A stretch of 64,000 nt of DNA from Bugula neritina (Eukaryota > Animalia > Bryozoa). Made by a program: the position numbers and the translations under genes. A model generated the notes under the pieces. That model was not told the origin of the DNA. It saw only the letters and a program-made list of their open reading frames with translations, and ran no database searches. This document shows positions 1-14,700 of the stretch, one piece after another (within the stretch, counting starts at the first letter, position 1; each line of letters opens with the position of its first letter). The stretch lies in contig OZ037771.1 of the NCBI GenBank assembly GCA_964035545.1, positions 8,673,408 to 8,737,407 on the forward strand. The letters are read 5' to 3'.

Positions 1-169
1 TCAATACAATATATATATAAAGCCATATGAACAAAAGAGTTAGATCTACAGCATAGATGTATGTATATAACACACTGAAGTTAAAAACTTTTTCATATAG
101 CCTATGCCATTATAGCACTGCAGTAATATTTGTCAAAACATTAAGGAGACAATAAAGAAGATTACATTG

Positions 170-596
170 AATAGAGGGGTTTCAAACATCCCTCTATTGG
201 AACTTGTATTTTAAAGTTGTCTCCCCCTACAGGTATTGGGGGCAGTTTCCATGGTATATAGAAGGCCCATAAAATAAGTAGAAATGTAAGGTTTGAGTGA
301 TGACTACTACTAGTATAGGTTTCATTTTTTCTGAGATTAATATTTTTGCATAAGTACACATATGAGCAATTTCAAAAAATTTCAAAAATTTTGAAACTGC
401 TCATATGTGTACTTATGCCAAAATATTAATCTCAGAAAAAATGAAACCTATACTAGTAGTAGTCTTCACTCAAACCTTACATTTCTACTTATTTTATGGG
501 CCTTCAATATACCATGGAAACTGCCCCCAATACCTGTAGGGGGAGACAACTTTAAAATACAAGTTCCCGTAGAGGGATGTCTGAAACCCCTCTATT
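170..596. mobile_element. Foldback/palindromic MITE (~427 bp, arms ~205 bp) in intron 2 of gene A
   Basis: 170-~378 is the near-perfect reverse complement of ~389-596 (aatagaggggtttc...gaaacccctctatt). TA flanks GAGGGG/CCCCTC. The paralogous site at ~30826-30845 lacks it. Confidence 0.85.
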
Positions 597-859
597 AGTA
601 GGCTAAAACTTTGTCATCAAACTCACTCTAGCAGAAGAGTTGAACAGTCTGACATACATAAATATTCTAGTAGCTAGGTTGATTTTATGGAGACCCAAGG
701 TCACACTCTTCAAGAAAGATATAGTGTTAAAATGTAATAAATGGGTGTGGTTTTTAATTAGCTAAAACTTCCTCCAAGTGTGAAGCTGCTGTACATCCTC
801 TGCAAATTAGATTAGGTCCCTGTGAATCTGCCATTTAAACTGCTGGCATACTTTAGTCC

Positions 860-938
860 ACGCACATGCACACATGCACACATGCACACATGCACACACG
901 CACACACGCACACACGCACACACGCACACACGCACACA
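860..938. repeat. Compound (GCACACAT/GCACACAC)n microsatellite
   Basis: Direct reading. Confidence 0.9.
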
Positions 939-1124
939 GTTACGTGTGTGTTCGTGTTCGTGCGTGTGCATGTGTTTTACAGGCCTATGTCAGGTATGCT
1001 GGTGGTCTGAGGCGCCTTCTGTGATGGCTGGTATAGCATTTTGAATTTGATAGCAACTTAGAAGAAAAGCAAATAGCAAGGATGCTTGATCAGAATAAAA
1101 TTTTAATACTGAAAACTACTTTAC

Positions 1125-1202
1125 CTTCTGACTGATTGGCACATTTACAGAGTTGAGCTAGCTTGTCATCTGTACCAACTGGACATCTGTTCACTACATA
1201 TC
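1125..1202 (-). CDS. Gene A exon 2 of Cys-rich family-B GPCR paralogue (GYVVNRCPVGTDDKLAQLCKCANQSE); not in the ORF track
   Basis: atgcag|GA...GAAG|gtaaag, 78 nt, phase 1-1, in frame with exon 1. Conserved with 31413-31490 while the flanking introns diverge. Confidence 0.85.
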
Positions 1203-2189
1203 CTGCATTAGAATCAGTAACATATTGATACTGCTTAGACAGGTATAAGATTCTAATGCATGAATTAAACAGCTATAGTCATATACTCATGATACTTCAT
1301 ACAGTGTCTTTAGTTTGATTGCATTTCATCATACAGATAAAAAACACCATGTAGAGGTGAAACTCTCGGAGACCTCCAAGACAGAAGAAGATAAAAAGTA
1401 ACTTCTACAAACACAGCCAATCAACGGAATATCTGTATCTATATAGAAAGGGTAAGTTGTTTTTGTTTAGAAATCTTTCAGAATGAGTTGCGTTGCTTAT
1501 TACATGGACCTTTCAAGGAATGCTGCTTTGCTATAATCTGCCAGACATGGGAAAAGAGGGTGTGTTTAGGAGATTTCAAAAAGCACCAAATGTCTAACTG
1601 CTGCACACACACATTTCACATAGTTTACCCATATTTTGCTGTAGTTCCAATCACAGAGCAGCATTTGGTTTAACTTTTACCAATTTTATTTGCAACTATA
1701 TGCTTTAAGTTGTATATATTGTAGCTGTGTAACAGCATAACCTTCATTAGCTGCGTTCAAGTCATTCTATTAAAAAGAAAGTTTCTAAACTTTAAGAATA
1801 AACCTGTTTGTCAAAACCCTGGCAGTCATAAATAGAAATAATATTATACTAGTTTCTTTACAAGTATATGGATTAAGTTGATATAAAATCTAAAACCAAG
1901 TAAACCATATACCTGTTTGGAAATATCTAATAAATTGGTGAGCTGTTGAGTGCTCACCATGTAACCTAATGCTGTTTCAAAGTCTCTCTGGTTCCTTTCA
2001 TAAGAACCATAGTTTATACACGGAATCTGCAGACCTTAACTGGTGGCGCAGTAATGGAAAAATTAAGAAAAGCTTGTGTGATGTAAAATATAGCGACATA
2101 AATTACGACCTCAAACCAAAATTCCTGTACAAGAAAATTAAAGAATTTAAATCATTGAAAATTACAGATTACTTTGTTTAAATGGGAAA

Positions 2190-2620
2190 TTGTGCTACTA
2201 GAAAATTTTCAGAGGTCACTGATATCTATTTTGCAGTTGAGAGTTGTGCCCTCTCAAAGTGAATAGGTTGAATCTTTGTATAAAGAGCAAGTTCATTAAA
2301 AGTTTGAAGTTTGGCTGCTACTTAAAATTCTAATTTTGCTATAGAATTGTTTCTTTAAGAGATAGGCATTTTAGTATAAGCAAATATATTAGCAGTTCAA
2401 TTAAAAATATTTTTTGTGAAAAATTTTGAAGTAAACTTGAACGCATTTTCATGGTTTTGGTTACTGAGAAATGCTGAAGTAGCACTTCAGCATTGCTCAG
2501 CAAACAAAATCACAAAAATGCGTTCAAGTTTATTTTGTTCAAAAATTTCCATTTTGGGAGGACACAACTCTTAATTCTAAGAGGGATCTAAAGAACTTCT
2601 GAAAAGGTCCTATTGCTCAA
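2190..2620. mobile_element. Degenerate palindromic (foldback) element in intron 1; internally deleted paralogous copy at ~39451-39640
   Basis: Inner hairpin centred ~2481 (aacttgaacgcatttt...gctgaagt / acttcagc...aaaatgcgttcaagtt). Outer arms ~2190-2260 and ~2550-2620 are approximately complementary. Confidence 0.55.
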
Positions 2621-4054
2621 GATTTGGAATATTGGAAACAATGGATACAGAACTAGGGTTAACATTAAACTTTTAATTTTAGGTGATTTTATTAACCAAT
2701 TATTGAATCAAATCAGGAGGATTAATAGAGATGTAGTCAGGTGTGGCTTAATATTACTGCATGTAACCTGCCAGCTAATACTATACTAGGATACATAACT
2801 TTATTATAGTAGTTATTTCCCCATTAAGGCAGAGTATAATGTAACCAGCACATCATTACCTGATTGGGTTTCTCACTCCTTTACACAGCCATAATAAACA
2901 TCTTTGATATATAAGTTGCTACTAAATAATATAACATAGTGCATATAATAACTACCTTAACTACCAGAGAAAAGCACATTATACTAACAATTTATGAGTT
3001 CAAAGTGATCAATTAAATGTGGAAATGGAGATTTGGCAGACTAATGCAGTTTGCTACAAGCTCACAGCTCACACCCTTCTGTTAGATTAGCCATGTCAAC
3101 ATTTGCTGTTGTAAGGCCTATGTGTAGAAAACTTTGGATACAACTTGGGGAAGTGTTAGATAACACACCCCAAAACTATTTCCAAAAAGTGTACTAGGAT
3201 GTACAAGAAATGTGCTATGTAGTTATATTCTACTACTTAAATAAATTATTCAATGCCGCTATAACTCACTAAAGACTTGCATAAATCAACTGCAACAAGT
3301 TGTTCTGTAGCTGCACTCTAATTGGCTAGTAAATTACTTCTCAGATAATGAAACTTTCTTGTTCAAAAGTATTAAACAGGAATGTGTTCATAGTAGAACT
3401 TATAACCAAATATTTATTAGCAAAAACAAGCTTTTCTATTAAGATACAGGCTAGATAACAATCAGCCAAGGAAGTTGACCAGCTTTGCTTATTTAACCTT
3501 TACCTGCCACATATTTAGCTGCTAAAAATAGATCTAGCAGCAAAGCCATGCTCATACTGTAACATTTAGACAGGTATATTTAGACTAGTGTAGGATATGC
3601 AACCACTGCAACTACAATAATGCTTATGTTGCCCAGGAGCTTTCAGTTACAGAGTTTTATATATTATTTTTCAAAAGTTCTTTTACTATCTGGTTTCATA
3701 CTTCATTAGGGCTATCAATTTTCAAAAAGCCAAGACATGTTATGTAAGCAAATGGAAAAGGCTTAATTTATACATGCATGTGTTTTATAATATGTGCTCT
3801 GTTACCTGCAAGAACTAAAATGATGAGAATAATTTATAATATGGCTTCAAATTCAGAGAACAAATCTGTACAACTAATGATCCCACTTAAAATATCACAA
3901 ACCACTACTTGAATGCTTTACAATATTCTGTCAGTAAAAATTACAATATTTCACTCAGCTTTGGTTTATATTAAGGAGTATATTTTATTATGCTATCCCT
4001 GCATGTTTTCCCTGAGTAAAATACTGCAGTAACTGAGGTGGAATTGAAACTAAC

Positions 4055-4337
4055 CTTGAGTGTTTCCTACGTTCATACATTGATAGGTCCCACGTTCCAG
4101 CCTCTCTCTAATCCTCACCACATCTCCACAACATTCGCCATAGTACTTGCACTCCTCTGATCTATCAATGTAGAAATCATTGCAGAACCTATCATTCTCA
4201 TTGTAGATTATCTTTGTTATGCTTCTGTTAGTCAAATTCTTACTAAACATGCCAATGTTTAGCTCTAACGACTCCACACTGTCCAAAACTGACAAGAGTA
4301 TTGGTAAGTAAACCAGGCAGTTGTATATCTTCATCAT
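4055..4337 (-). CDS. Gene A exon 1: signal peptide plus somatomedin-B-like half motif (CKYYGECCGD)
   Basis: ATG start, hydrophobic leader, donor CAAG|gttagt (phase 1). Paralogous to 41504-41786. Confidence 0.85.
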
Positions 4338-6686
4338 CTCCAGGATAGTGAGTTCTAGTAGTAGTCAGTCTGTTTCAGCCACTCTCCCTCTTCTCTATAG
4401 TAAAACATGCAAAGTATTCTGTTCAAGATGACATCATAATTCCCTAGCTTTTAATCTTGATTCATGGCGTTGGTTTGCCAACAAAAACGACTATGTTGAA
4501 ATACAATAATATAGCAGATTAGCCTATTAATGAAGCTGGCAAATATTTTGGCCCAGATAAAAAAAAAAACAAATTGCAATACTTATAAAGAAATGGCTTA
4601 AGCTGCAATGAGCATGAAGGTTGTTGAACAAGGTACACCATTGCACTTTCAATAGGGCTACTTGGTTTACTACTATAGTGTAAGATTCAGACACACATTT
4701 AATCTTTGTTGGAAATACCAGAAAAAATAAAATGTTCTATGTAAAGTTCTGTTCTCAATATGCAAAGTAAACTTGGGGCGTTTTAATTCTATCTTAACTT
4801 TGAAATATAAGTTGTTAGCCATGAAGGTTATAAAAAATCTTTTAACAGAAGAAACATCTTGTTCATGTGCCCTAAAGCAACTTAACTAACTCTTTCAATA
4901 TAGAGAGAAATGATGCATGTTGAGATCTGATGCCGGAGTTTTTTATTAGTTTTTAGAATAATATATGTATCAAGGTACAACATCTTTTTTGACAAACGTT
5001 ATGTAATAGTTTAATATCATGAATTTATTTTATGAAAAACAGCAGCTCTATCACTTTTAGAAATGCATATCTCTATATACTATGATACGCCTATATTGCA
5101 TATATTATATAACTTTAGTTTCACAGTTAAAGGAAAGTATTGAAAACATGCTCCACAGTTTAAAGTGATCTAGGCCAGGTTGACTGAAGGAAAAAGCTAA
5201 TAACGTATATAAACACAAAAATGAGTTATGTAGCACTAGTTGAAACATAAACTTTAGATCTTTTTTGTTTACTATAGTGCAGGGCTCAATTTTCATACAG
5301 TAATCACTGGTATCCATTATCTGTTATTGTTATCTGCGAGAATGAATGCCCATTAGATTAAATGTGGTCTGTGGTTTGTATTAATTTATATTTGTGGTTT
5401 CATCTGATGTAACTATTTTCATTAGCCTAATAAAAAATCCATTCCCATAATGCACGGTAGAAAGATGATAGAAAGATGATGAAAAGATGATGATAATGTA
5501 GTGAATAAAACACTTGCAGAATAGACTCTCCTGATACACCCGACACCACTCAAATATATGGCATTACGGACACAAGTCAACACGCTCTAAAAAAGTTTGA
5601 ACATTCTTATGAATTCTCATAAAATTATGCATTTTTTACTGTAAACGGTGTGAATGGCATTCTTTTCAGGTTGCTGGCTTATTTGGTTGTTTTAAAACTT
5701 TCAATATTTTTTTAGATATTATATTTTAGTTCACGCTGATACCACTGTAGATGTTTTAAGAGTTGCAAGCCATTGTTGATGCTGATTGCCATGTACATGT
5801 ATATCATATTAACTTTACCCATATTTATGCAATCAAAGGATGTAACGAGTAAATTTGACGGTAGGCACAGGAGTGCAGGGCTACAGCTATCTAAGTAAGA
5901 AAGTTGGCACGGAAGCTCTGTAACGGAACTGATGTTGCAAGTTGTTATGTATATAATTACTTTGTCACTGGCATTAATATTGTTGTTCAATTTAACTTAC
6001 TTGCACCTTGGAAACTGAAAAAGCCAATGGAAAAATCTTCATTATCCAGCAATTTTAAATACCACTAAACATGCAAGGAAAATTTAATGATCAGAAAAGC
6101 TAACCATTTAATAATAATTACTGCCAACATTACTAAGCTATTAAACTAGACATTACTTACAAGATATGAGCCACAGTTTACAGTCTATAAGATTGTTACT
6201 AACTAATAGTAAGAATAATGTATACAATCAATCACATCTTCTTAGAAGTATTCCTGCCTGAATTCTAGTAAAGCCAATAAATTTGCATACATTTTCCTAT
6301 GTCGTTATAGATAAACAACACTATACCTGTTTATGTTAAATTATACCTAGTAGAGCAAACTCTGTGTATGATATTTAAATATAGCTGTCTAAGGCAGCAA
6401 CCATTTGATCATGTTACTTTGCAGCCAATCGGAGACAGCTTAAAGATATAATTGAGCAGTGCACGTAAGACCAATAATTATGCTAATAAAATAATATAAT
6501 CTGTAAGCCACTACTAAGTAAACATGGCAACTGTGGTTTCTTTGTGAGTTAAACACTGCCATGAATCTTAGATCAAAGCCAGATGATGCTAACTTACTGT
6601 AGAGTATCAGTGCAGTCATTGTACTGTAATGGCATTGCTATATACACCTACACCTATACATTAAACCCATCATATTATATATACTG

Positions 6687-6688
<2 letters not shown>

Positions 6689-6769
<81 letters not shown>
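6689..6769. repeat. (AT)n microsatellite
   Basis: Direct reading. Confidence 0.95.
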
Positions 6770-7587
<818 letters not shown>

Positions 7588-7866
7588 TATTTCGGGTACC
7601 ACTGTACCCATCTTCAGAGTAGCAATGAATGAAATTAAAAAATTGTTACGTTACGTTAGACGTTATGCATGACACAAAGAATAGAGAGTGGCAGTTATTG
7701 TGAATTATTTAAACTTAGGGAGATAATCTTATTTTATATATTATGCAGGTCAAAAATTATACTGTTTTTTGCATAAAAAATAAATTAGAGTAGACAAAAA
7801 AATAGATATCCAAATATAAAAACAGCAAGAATTAGTGAAACTATGTGAGAGTTGAGTAGTGTGGAG

Positions 7867-8390
7867 CTATTGATATAGTTTCAGTGGTATGGAGTAATTT
7901 TGTTTATTGAGTTGCAGTTTCATTTGTTTAATGTAGAGAGCTTCGGCTACTTTTTGATGGTGGATTCCTTTAAATGAATGATTTAAAACTGTTACATTGT
8001 CTATTAATATGTTTCCATGATTAGTGGTGGAGATGTGTTGATAAATTTTGGAATTGATGTCTTGACAGTGTTCATGTATTCTGTGTGATAGGCGGCGTCC
8101 GGTCTCGCCTACATATGTTTGTTGACAGGTAGCTTCAGGGCAGGTTATTTTGTAGACTAGGTTGTGAATGTGTTCTTTATTGATTTTATCTTTGAGATTA
8201 AAATGTGAACTTAAGGGGGTTCCTTTAAATAAAACCCGGGCATTGAGTTTATTTGGAAAAGAGTCTGTAATTAAATAATTGAGGGAGCGGATTAGTTTTT
8301 CTCCTGTTACTCCTTTATAAGGCAGGTGGAGTAAAATGTGTTTCCTGTTGTCTTTTTCACTGAGTAGTCCGTCACCAATGTTGTTAATAA
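7867..8390 (-). mobile_element. 5'-truncated Penelope-like retroelement, C-terminal GIY-YIG endonuclease region
   Basis: Manual translation is open for ~175 codons: LHLPYKG...LSSHFNLKDKINKEHIHNLVYKITCPEATCQQTYVGETGRRLSHRIHEH...EALYIKQMKLQLNKQNYSIPLKLYQ*. This matches the PLE VYxIxC...YVGETGR...EALYI pattern. Confidence 0.85.
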
Positions 8391-9819
8391 AACAATTTGA
8401 TTTATGGTAAGACTATGCGTAATAAAACAATATTACAATAATAAGAACTAATGTTGCAGAAGTAATATTACCCTATGTAATATATGTATATGTTTGTTGA
8501 TACATTAATCTTCGTATAATGGTGGCGTAAAATATGTGTAGCATATAGCAGTAGTATAATATAATATTCTATTAGTAATTACAGTTTATACTCCTTTATT
8601 TATGTCAATGACCTGTTTATGCTTCTTGGCAGTCAGTATATATAAAGCCAAAGTAATTACTCAGTATCTAATGAGATTCCTGTAAACAATTTGTGTTATC
8701 AACAGCTTTGTAAGAGTCTCTATTACTAAGTTCCCAATGTTTTGCATGGGTTTTTTTTTAATAAATGTTACAGAACAAAAAAGACAACCAACAGTTAATG
8801 GAAACAGCGACTACAAATTCATTTGTAGGAGCTCTATTTGAAATTCAGTGGGTAGCAAAACATTTTAAACTCATACTGTGTTGTTACAACAAATTGCAGT
8901 GCTTTGTAAACTGTGAGCTAAATAAACGTTCCTTTGGTTGTGCAATGAAATTTATATGATGCCAAAAATGTTTCCCAGTCTCTATGGGTTGGTTGGTTCA
9001 ACTAACTTTTTTAGCAGGTGACCTTTAATATAGCACAGTCCATATCCCATAAAACACAATCCACAAGCATTTTAGTAAAAATAAAGTTCTATAGCTTAAC
9101 TGGTAAGAGTTTTATTAGTGTTTGGTATAAAGAGGCAAAGGAATTTTCTAATACAAAAATTGTGTAATTATAGTATATAATGAGAAAGAACCAATACTTA
9201 TGTACATATTTAAAAACTTTTATAAACAACAGTTTCATCTGTGCTGGTTCACAATCAACATTTTTGGAGTTGTGTCATGTCATGCATTTAGAGAAGACAA
9301 CTTTGTATACTGTATTTTGTAACCAATTTCTCCACCAATTTTATTTTATGAGTAAATATGACTGGAGTAGTATATTGTTTGTTCTACTTACCACACAAAT
9401 CATCACAGCGCACTTCTTTATACCAGTACACTCAAAATTCATTATCAAACCAGTATTAAATGTTAATAGGTAGCTATTCAAGAGATGAAGTATTTTATGC
9501 ACATGCTCCATGTGTTTGAAGCAGCATTTCCTCTAACTGCCCATTGGAATTGAGCCATGATCAGCTGATAAAAAAAGGTCAAGCTTCAATTTTTACAAGA
9601 ATGATATCAGCCCAATAAATAAAGAGCATTGATATTGGGTGAAAAAGCCTTTTTCTTAAAGCAGAGGGATGACTCCGATTTTGATTTTTTTAATTTTCAA
9701 GACTAAAAATATAATGTTGATCGGAATAAACTAACAATTGATATGAACTATAAGAACACTGAAAATTAACATTTTAGATTCTATAACAATAAAGTGACGG
9801 TTTGAGGAATCTCAAGGAT

Positions 9820-10285
9820 ATCTGAAAATGCAATACATCATCCAATAGGCTTTGCCCACCAGTTCAATTCTCACCAGCAATCTCCCACCACCAGCTACAA
9901 TTTCCTCTTGTTGAAAATGCAGGCAACTTAAATTTTATTGTCTAAATAAGTGTTACTGTATCAGCACAAATGCTAAATGGCAGGGATGCCTCTCTTAGTT
10001 CTTGAGCTGTACTGCCTTCTTAAACAAAAACTACCAGTAAAAAGCTATTGCAAAAGCTTTCACCAAAAACTTTCATCACACAATACTTTTCTTACAGCTA
10101 GAGCTAAAAGCTTCTGCAACAAGCATCATGAAATTTTAAATAAGCAATTATTTGATCAACTTATGCTTGATATTTAAAATTTTTTCTAAAACTGTTTTAC
10201 ATCCATAAAACTATCTCTCAAAAATTTGTGAGAAAAAATTGACATGTGGGTGAAGCCTATGGCATGATGTATTGCATTTTTAGAT
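9820..10285. mobile_element. Probable MITE remnant with ~40-bp inverted repeats
   Basis: atctgaaaatgcaatacatcatccaataggctttgcccac (9820-9859) versus gtgggtgaagcctatggcatgatgtattgcatttttagat (10246-10285). No clear TSD. Confidence 0.55.
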
Positions 10286-10399
10286 GGGCAAAAGCAGCAG
10301 CTCTAAGAATCAGTCTTAGTAGTGCATATTTGACTGCATAAAACCATATGTTCACACCAGCCTAATTCCTATGAGCGACAGTGAGATAAGCTGGATAGA

Positions 10400-11700
10400 A
10401 ATTACAGGGACGTGCGTTTGTGTGTGCAAAACTTTTTATGAGAAGTTGATCGGATCAAAACCAGAATTGGGTTAGGATCACAGAACGCTAGTTAATAATG
10501 TAGGAGATAATTAAACCACTGTCAATGTTAAAGGCAGCGAATGGGTTTCTAATGAAGCTCGTAAACTTCAAGTACAAGGCAATATTGGAACTTGTGAGAA
10601 CTTAGAATTATTGCGAGAAATGCTGCCTAAGCAATACAAAGTTGCAGTGGGCTTGATGACAGTAGTAAAGTTAGTCACTCAGTATCTGGCACAAGCTCTA
10701 GCCAATCAACTGGATCTCAGTTAAGTCTCTCGCAAGTGAAACAAGAAGAAGGCAAAGGTGACGCTGACTTCGCTAAGCATCAAACAAAGTTGTTGCTGCA
10801 GTCTTCAGATAGTTCAGCAGATGAGCATGACCTCCAGTCTAATGATGGCAACCAACCCCTTATTCCTTCTACAGTGGAAATAGACGAGTTCAACAAACCA
10901 TTAAATTATAAAGAACATACTGCTGAAACTTTTAACTTTTTTTGGAAGTGTAAAAAACTTCAGAAAGAACTAGAAAAAAAGTTGAAAGAAGTCACTCCTC
11001 AAGATATACACCAACAAGTAGTCTTCACAAATTCAGTGTTTGATAAATTTCAAGCCAGTACTGCAAGAAATTTTTACCATACTAAATTAGGAGAAATTCA
11101 AAATGCTATGGAAGGTAATAGAAGTAGGTAGTGGTGGATTAAGGGCAGTACAGTGTAGTGGATTGGGTCAGCAGGACAAAGAGCCCTGCAAAGATTATAC
11201 TAATGACAAGAGTTCCAAGCAGCTTAAAATCTGTGACGTTCCAACAGAGTTACAACATTCTTTAGCAACCTTGGTAAAGTTAGTGCAAGCCAAGATGCGT
11301 CTGGAGAAACGTGGGCACGGAAGTTGAAAATCATCATAGTGACATCCAGGGAACAGAAAGAAAAGTGGAAACAGTTGTTCATCTTAACAATGCTGGCTCT
11401 AACTATAGCAAAACAGAAAAAAAACATTCAAAAAGATTAGGAAATCTAAAAGTTGGAGATGTAGTGGCAGTAGCAGACCGGAGCGCTCTACATTGCTAAT
11501 ATTATGTTGCAAAAGTTGGCCAAACATTTCCAGGAATTAGTGATAGAGTCAGAACAGTTGCAGTAAAATACAAAAAAATTCAGAGCTGGCTTAACGGTGG
11601 GGGATTGTACAGGGCGCAAAGAGGCCAGGGTTACTTGTGCGGTGCAGAACTTTTCATTCCTTGCAGCTTGGTCAATTAGGTGCGCTTTTAAGCTCGTATC
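10400..11700 (+). mobile_element. Degenerate, internally deleted BEL/Pao LTR-retrotransposon remnant
   Basis: ~11430-11580 reads NLKVGDVVAVADRS...VAKVGQTFPGISDRVRTVAVK, resembling the BEL/Pao pol C-terminus (DUF5641-like). Upstream ORFs are broken and possibly gag-derived. Confidence 0.5.
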
Positions 11701-14700
11701 GGTGCCAGCTGACCAAATAAACATATTACACAAAATTTAACAGTGAGGTTTGCAATATATTTTGTTGGTTACTATTATGTTTTTGTTACATTCTAATGTT
11801 ATAATATGTTTTTTTTGGTTACTGTTAAGTTTTTGTTGCATTCTGGCGTTGTGTTTTTTGGTTGCTGTTAATGTTTTTTCTTGTTGGATTGTTTATCACA
11901 AAGGAGTGAAGTTTTATTTGGTTCACTACAAGACTCATATGTTAACATAACTTGAAAGCAAGATTATAATAATAGTAATACAGTAATGCTGTTGTAATTT
12001 TGTGCACTATTTATTTAGGTATTATCGTGCGCTGGTATTTACTGCATATCTACTTGGAGGTTATAGAAATGACCGAGCTAATTGAGCGTTTTAAAGATAA
12101 CTGCATTAAATAATCAATTACATACGACAAACAATCACATAACATGAGTATAATGCGTTGCAAGTAGTCAACCAATTATCTACTACTACTGTCCAAGACT
12201 GCCGTGGGTGCCCCAATATGATTTCAAGCAAACCTCATTTTAGATAGACACCTGTTCTGAGCGTTCTATCTTGTACTTATGATTGGGCAGCGCCTTGACT
12301 ACCAGATAAGGCCACACGAACTTTGGCTGTAACTTAGCCGCTTGTCCGTGGCGCCTGCGGTAGTTGATCATCAAAACCAAGTCCCCTATCTGATAAAGGG
12401 GAAGCTCAGCAGAATTCTCAGTCCGTACTTGCTTTTGCCTCTTTCGAAGCGTTTTGTGTGCGGCTCTCATGTGCTCTACGAACTCCCCCACCTACTCATA
12501 AACAGAGTTATCATGGTCGAGAATGTAATAGGTCGGGTGGTCAGGAATCCTGGTTTCTCGACTGAGGATTAAGAAGTTGGGAGTCTCACCAGTACAGGTG
12601 TGAGGGTTACTGCGGTAGGCCCGCATGATTCGCGGGAGTACCATATCCCATTCTTCTTGGCCACGGCCGAGGAACAGGCTCCAGAGTGCATCTCCTAACA
12701 TGCGGTTTTTGCGCTCCACAAACCCATTACCTTCAAGGTGGTATGGGGTGGTCCTGCTCCGGTTCATTTCCCAAAGGCGACAAAGGTTGCTCATCAGCTG
12801 TGAATGGAACTGAACACCTTGGTCCAAGTGTATCTGTTCTGGGAGGCCGAGATAACAGAAAGCATTCTGGGCGAGCACCCGGGCCACCAAGTAAAGTGGT
12901 CTGTGAGCACCAAGATCCAGCTGTTGCCTTGGGGTATCAGGGGCATGGGCCTACTAGATTAACAGCGACCACCTGCTAAGGACGACCAGCATACAGCCTT
13001 CGCCGCCCCGAGTTACCTGGGAGTTGGCCATGCTTACTGGCCGGGCAGATTTCATACTGCTTCACTTTGAACCACACATTACTCCTCAACTTCAACAAAT
13101 ACCACCGAAGTTGCAACTTTGTAAAAACACGCTAGACCCCCTGCGTGGGCCTGCTTGTGAGTGGCTCAAATTACGTCTTGGCAGATGACGGAGGAACAAA
13201 TCACTCGCTCTCGTTCCGGGTGCCTGTCATTGACGGTCAACGTGATGGTCAGGAGCCTATCCTTGTTGAGCCGCAGGGAGTCCCAGTGGCGGCAGAACAT
13301 CCTGAATTCGGCGCACCCTTGCTGCTGCTGTTTCTTGCTGGGTCCCTTGCCTTCCTTCTTGGCTTGATACATGTCAGCCACTACTCTAAACAAAGCTTCT
13401 TAGAGTTTCCTCAGCTCAGTGATGTTATCAGCCAAAAGGGGGCTGGCGCGGAAGGCGCACACAGAATCTACAGATTTATCAGGTGACAATGCTCCCAGCT
13501 GTACCCACTTCTGTTTCCTGGCAGTGCCTCTGACTCGAAGCACAAGAGGCCTTTGTCCCTCTTCTCAATGCCAAGGCACTGCCTACATCTTTCACTCGGT
13601 CACCGGGTAAGCCTGTCCGCATTGACGTGTTTCTTCCCGGATCGATGTTTGGTCCGGTAGAAGAACTCGGCCAGAATTTCAAGCCACCATGCAACCTGGT
13701 TAAAAGGTTCAGCTCTCCTACACAACCAAATCAATGAGGCATGGTCCGTTCACAGCCAGAATATTCTGCCGTAAAGATAAGGTCAAAAGTGTTTCACAGC
13801 TTTGATTACTGCCAGGAGCTCCTTCCTGGTGGTGCAGTAATTCTTCTCGGCAGCGGAAAGAGCTTTGCTGTAATGACCAACGACTACCTCCTGACTCTCC
13901 TGGATCTGCGACAGTACAGCACCCACATTGTATTCCCGTGCAAGATCGGGGTAGGCCAAGATGGGCGCTCTGAGCAAGCAAACCTTGAAGAGATTGAATG
14001 CCTGCTGTTCATCCAGAGTCCACTGCTATTAAGCCCCCTTTGAGTTGAGTCGATTTAACGACTGCACGATCTCTGCAAAGTCTGGTATGTAATGTCTATA
14101 GTACCCTACCAGGACCAGGAATGCTGGGAGTCTGGTCAAATACTGGAGTGTGACCAGTCTTCTACTGCCAATACCTTGTCAGGACTCATCGTCACGCCGT
14201 TACGGCCCATGATGTGACCCAGGTACTTGACCTCCGGTGGTAACAGAGTGCACTTGGAAAGTTTCAGCTTTAGACCGGCATTTCTGAGTCAATCAAAAAC
14301 TTCCCTCAGGGGGCTGACATGAGTCACGAAGTCTGGAGAGATCATGATGACATCATCAAGGTAGATGAGCAGCATCTTTCAGTGGAGCCCACTGAGGACC
14401 TGCTCCATAAGCATCTGGAAAGTTGTCGGGGGGGGGGGGGGGAGAGGTCAACTCAAACTGCAACACCTTCTATTTCCAGAACCTGTCCCGCATTATAAAT
14501 GCAGCCTCATCCTGGGCGTCAAGATTATGGGGGACTTGCAAGTACTCGCTAAGCAAGTTCAGAGTGCTGAAGTATTTGCTACCGGCCAGACGGCCCAGGG
14601 ACTCATCAACACAAAGAAGAGGATATGCGTTTTTTATAGTTATGCTATTGAGTTAGTGCTAATCTACACAGAATCGCCAACTCCTGTCTTTTTTTAGACT

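Noticed and set aside
162-598. Two near-identical divergent 63-65 aa ORFs
   Set aside because: They are the two arms of one palindromic element; no coding evidence.
1912-1966. Possible micro-exons in a conserved part of intron 1 (ag-GTTACATG-gtgag; ag-ATATTTCCAAACAG-gtat)
   Set aside because: 8 and 14 nt would break the frame alone or together, and exon 1 already joins exon 2 in phase to give the expected motif.
4050-4337. Standalone small secreted Cys-rich peptide gene
   Set aside because: The stop codon lies inside a splice donor; this is exon 1 of the receptor.
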